This document shows positions 61,667-64,000 of a DNA stretch of 64,000 nt, in pieces. How positions within the stretch are numbered: position 1 is the stretch's first letter; each line of letters begins with the position of its first letter. Position numbers and translations under genes: made by a program. A model generated the notes under the pieces. The model had not been told where the DNA came from, did not search any database, and worked only from the letters and a program-made list of their open reading frames with translations. The stretch lies in contig CAXXMR010000009.1 of assembly GCA_963663805.2 (NCBI GenBank), forward strand, positions 288,001 to 352,000, in the 5' to 3' direction. This DNA comes from Sedimentisphaerales bacterium (GTDB lineage: Bacteria > Planctomycetota > Phycisphaerae > Sedimentisphaerales > SM23-30).

Positions 61667-62965
61667 ATGATAAGATTCTTACTGGACATAATTTACGTGT
61701 TGCTGATGATTGCTTTGAGCCCTTTGGTGATTTACCGGATGGTAGCTCAGGGGCGTTATCGTCAAGGCTGGGCGGGGCGATTGGGTTGGCCGCCGGTCAG
61801 GAAAAACGGAGGATATTGCGTTTGGATTCATGCGGTGAGTATGGGTGAGGTCAATGCCGCCCGGACGCTGGTGGCTGAGCTGGCCCGGCAGGATGGGGTG
61901 GAAATTGTGATAAGTTCCACGACCGATACCGGGCTAGACCGGGCGCGGCAGGTTTATGGGGGTAATCATACGGTGTTCTGTTTTCCGTGGGATATAAGCT
62001 GGTTTGTGGCGCGGGCATTGCGGCGGGTTCGGCCCGATGTTTGCATAATGATGGAAGGTGAGGTCTGGCCTAACTTTACGGCTCAGGCCTATAAGATGAA
62101 TATTCCCGTGGTTATCGCTAACGCACGGGTCGGGGGGAGCAAGGGTTGGCCTCGTTATCAGAAAATCGCCGCTTTGGTGCGGGGGATGTTTTCTCGGCTG
62201 GCGTTGGTATTGGCTCAGGATGAGGTTCACGCGGAGCGTTTTCGTTTTCTGGGTGTCAGGTCTGAATGTGTAAAAGTAAACGGCAGTTTGAAATATGATA
62301 CGGCTCAGGTGGTGGATGAAGTTGCCGGGGCCGGCGAGCTTGCCGAGGCGCTGGCTTTGAAGGGTGAGCGAATCTGGGTGGCGGGCCAGACCGGGCCGGG
62401 TGAGGAAGCGATGGTTCTGGACTGCTATGCCGAGTTGCTTAAGTGTAATGAATTAAAAGATTTGCGCTTGGTGATGGTGCCGCGAAAGCCGGAGCGTTTT
62501 GATGAGGCGGCCCGGTTGATTTTGGAACGCGGGTATGAGTTGGTTCGTTATAGTGAGATTAAAGGGGCTGAGAAGTTTGTTGATAGTTTTGGTCAGCCGG
62601 TGATATTGGGGGATACTATGGGTGATTTGCGGAAGTTTTACAGTTTGGCTGAGGTGGTGTTTGTCGGCAGGTCGCTGGTGCCGATGGGGGGGTCTGATAT
62701 GATGGAGGTGGCGGCGTTGGCAAAGCCTGTGGTGACAGGACCTTACACCGAGAATTTTGCAGAGACAGTTCGGTTATTAGTTGAGTCTGAGGGGGTTGAG
62801 GTTGTTGCTGATTCGGTTCAGCTAGGGGTGGTTGTTGGGGAATTACTTGAAGATACGGGGCGGGCGGCGAGGCTGGGGAAGAATGGTCGTGAGGTAATAA
62901 TTGCTAATCAGGGTGCGACAAAACGTACGGTAGAAGCGGTTTTACAACTGTTGAGACAGGCGTAA
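61667..62965 (+). CDS. waaA: 3-deoxy-D-manno-octulosonic acid (Kdo) transferase
   Basis: WIHAVSMGE, EGEVWPN, NAR, GSLKYD, VPRKPERF, GDTMGDL and FVGRSL motifs. Confidence 0.95.
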   Translation: MIRFLLDIIYVLLMIALSPLVIYRMVAQGRYRQGWAGRLGWPPVRKNGGYCVWIHAVSMGEVNAARTLVAELARQDGVEIVISSTTDTGLDRARQVYGGNHTVFCFPWDISWFVARALRRVRPDVCIMMEGEVWPNFTAQAYKMNIPVVIANARVGGSKGWPRYQKIAALVRGMFSRLALVLAQDEVHAERFRFLGVRSECVKVNGSLKYDTAQVVDEVAGAGELAEALALKGERIWVAGQTGPGEEAMVLDCYAELLKCNELKDLRLVMVPRKPERFDEAARLILERGYELVRYSEIKGAEKFVDSFGQPVILGDTMGDLRKFYSLAEVVFVGRSLVPMGGSDMMEVAALAKPVVTGPYTENFAETVRLLVESEGVEVVADSVQLGVVVGELLEDTGRAARLGKNGREVIIANQGATKRTVEAVLQLLRQA

Positions 62966-63053
62966 TCGCGGTGTTTTTTCGGCGCGGAATTGGCTCAGAA
63001 GACCGATTTTTACACATTTTTGAACGTTTTTTTGTTTTTTTCACGTTTTTTTA

Positions 63054-64000
63054 CAATCCTGTTCGGCACATTTATTGCTCAAATACAGTTTTTCTGTGGT
63101 CTTTGCAGTTCATATGATTTAGCGGGGATTACCCCTCAGTGGGACTGTCGGCACTGGTTATTTTGGCGCAGCATCAGCGGCAGCGGCGATTTTTTTGAGG
63201 ATCGGCCTTAGTTTTGGCTTTGGAGTTTATTGATATGGTTCTGCATTTCTTGCTCGTCGGCCATGCCGCAGAGGTGCCAGCAGAGCATTTCGTAGGTTCT
63301 TAAAGTTGGTTTTTTGCCCGTCCACAGGCTGATCAGCATACAGGCGATAATCGCGGCGTACATCTGTAGTTCGATACCGTTTTCGCAGAGGCTTAGCAGA
63401 TGTCGGCAGCCCAGCACATGCTTAAAAAAGCGGAAAAATATTTCGATGGCCCAGCGTTTCTGATAGAGCAGGGCAATGACTTCGGCGTCCAGGTCCAGCC
63501 GGTCGGTGGCAATCAAAATCATCTCACTCTGACGTGGTCCCTGGCCCCGTTTCAAATGCGGTTGACATTCAACCGCTATCAGGCGTAACGGTTGTTTGAA
63601 ATCTTCCCGCAGTTTTTCACTGCTGCCGGCGATTACCGTACGATCAAAAATTATCCCCGCTTTTCGAGCATCTTCAGTTAAAGGTTTTTCCTGAATAGTT
63701 TCGTAAACCGTATCCTCACGCAGCCGACAGACAAAAGAGCTTTTACTATCCACAATGGCCTGAAACAGCTTAAAACAGGCATATCCGCGATCATTGACAT
63801 AAATCCGGCCGGGCTGAAGATTCTCTAAAAAAACCTTTCGCTCATCAGACTTGTCTTCACTGATATTTATTTTCAGAGGCACATATTTTTCCAGATCAAA
63901 CTGAGTGTGTGCTTTAATTCCGGGTTTGTCGGTGTCCCAGGCAGCCTGAGTGAGTTTTTGCAAAGCCTGAATACTGCTGCCGTCCACCAGGGTAATGACC
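63054..64000 (-). mobile_element. Second IS4 copy (partial, runs off window), inverted relative to copy 1
   Basis: Right IR at 63054-63079; near-identical to 8482-9427 with at least two substitutions. Confidence 0.97.
63208..64000 (-). CDS. IS4 transposase, 3' portion
   Basis: Protein identical to the C-terminal part of 8101-9273. Confidence 0.95.
   Translation of the reverse strand, partial: VITLVDGSSIQALQKLTQAAWDTDKPGIKAHTQFDLEKYVPLKINISEDKSDERKVFLENLQPGRIYVNDRGYACFKLFQAIVDSKSSFVCRLREDTVYETIQEKPLTEDARKAGIIFDRTVIAGSSEKLREDFKQPLRLIAVECQPHLKRGQGPRQSEMILIATDRLDLDAEVIALLYQKRWAIEIFFRFFKHVLGCRHLLSLCENGIELQMYAAIIACMLISLWTGKKPTLRTYEMLCWHLCGMADEQEMQNHINKLQSQN

Noticed and set aside
7979..64000. Composite transposon carrying the 54-kb interval
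   Set aside because: Copy 1 has its own 9-bp target duplication, indicating an independent insertion; the cargo includes ordinary chromosomal genes such as waaA and pstS.

Overview
A 64-kb bacterial window whose gene content points to an anaerobic Planctomycetota, probably Phycisphaerae/Sedimentisphaerales. This is inferred from the prepilin/DUF1559-like genes, dockerin-like C-termini, many UROD-like and LacI/GntR genes, and waaA. Main contents: (i) AraC regulators, UROD-like proteins, nnrE and a CYTH enzyme; (ii) a head-to-head fusion of two 5'-truncated glycoside hydrolase genes (GH38 and GH94) beside a nested inverted-repeat element; (iii) two near-identical IS4-family copies; (iv) a five-gene operon encoding a membrane-anchored PspA-like protein, a degenerate FHA protein, a multi-TM Ser/Thr kinase, a membrane protein and an ECF sigma with a fused zinc-finger extension; (v) an ECF/anti-sigma pair and porin + pstS; (vi) two carbohydrate loci, each carrying a regulator + prepilin-like + dockerin-like secreted protein cassette (one with GH2 and a multi-LamG hydrolase, one a fructan-type GH32/ABC/fructokinase/GH172 locus); (vii) a decaying RHS toxin with an internal dockerin-like module and a PD-(D/E)XK tip plus a candidate immunity gene. 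Eight +1 homopolymer frameshifts between 30.8 and 35.4 kb are probably sequencing errors. No rRNA, tRNA or CRISPR array was seen. All family calls are by motif recognition only; no database search was run.
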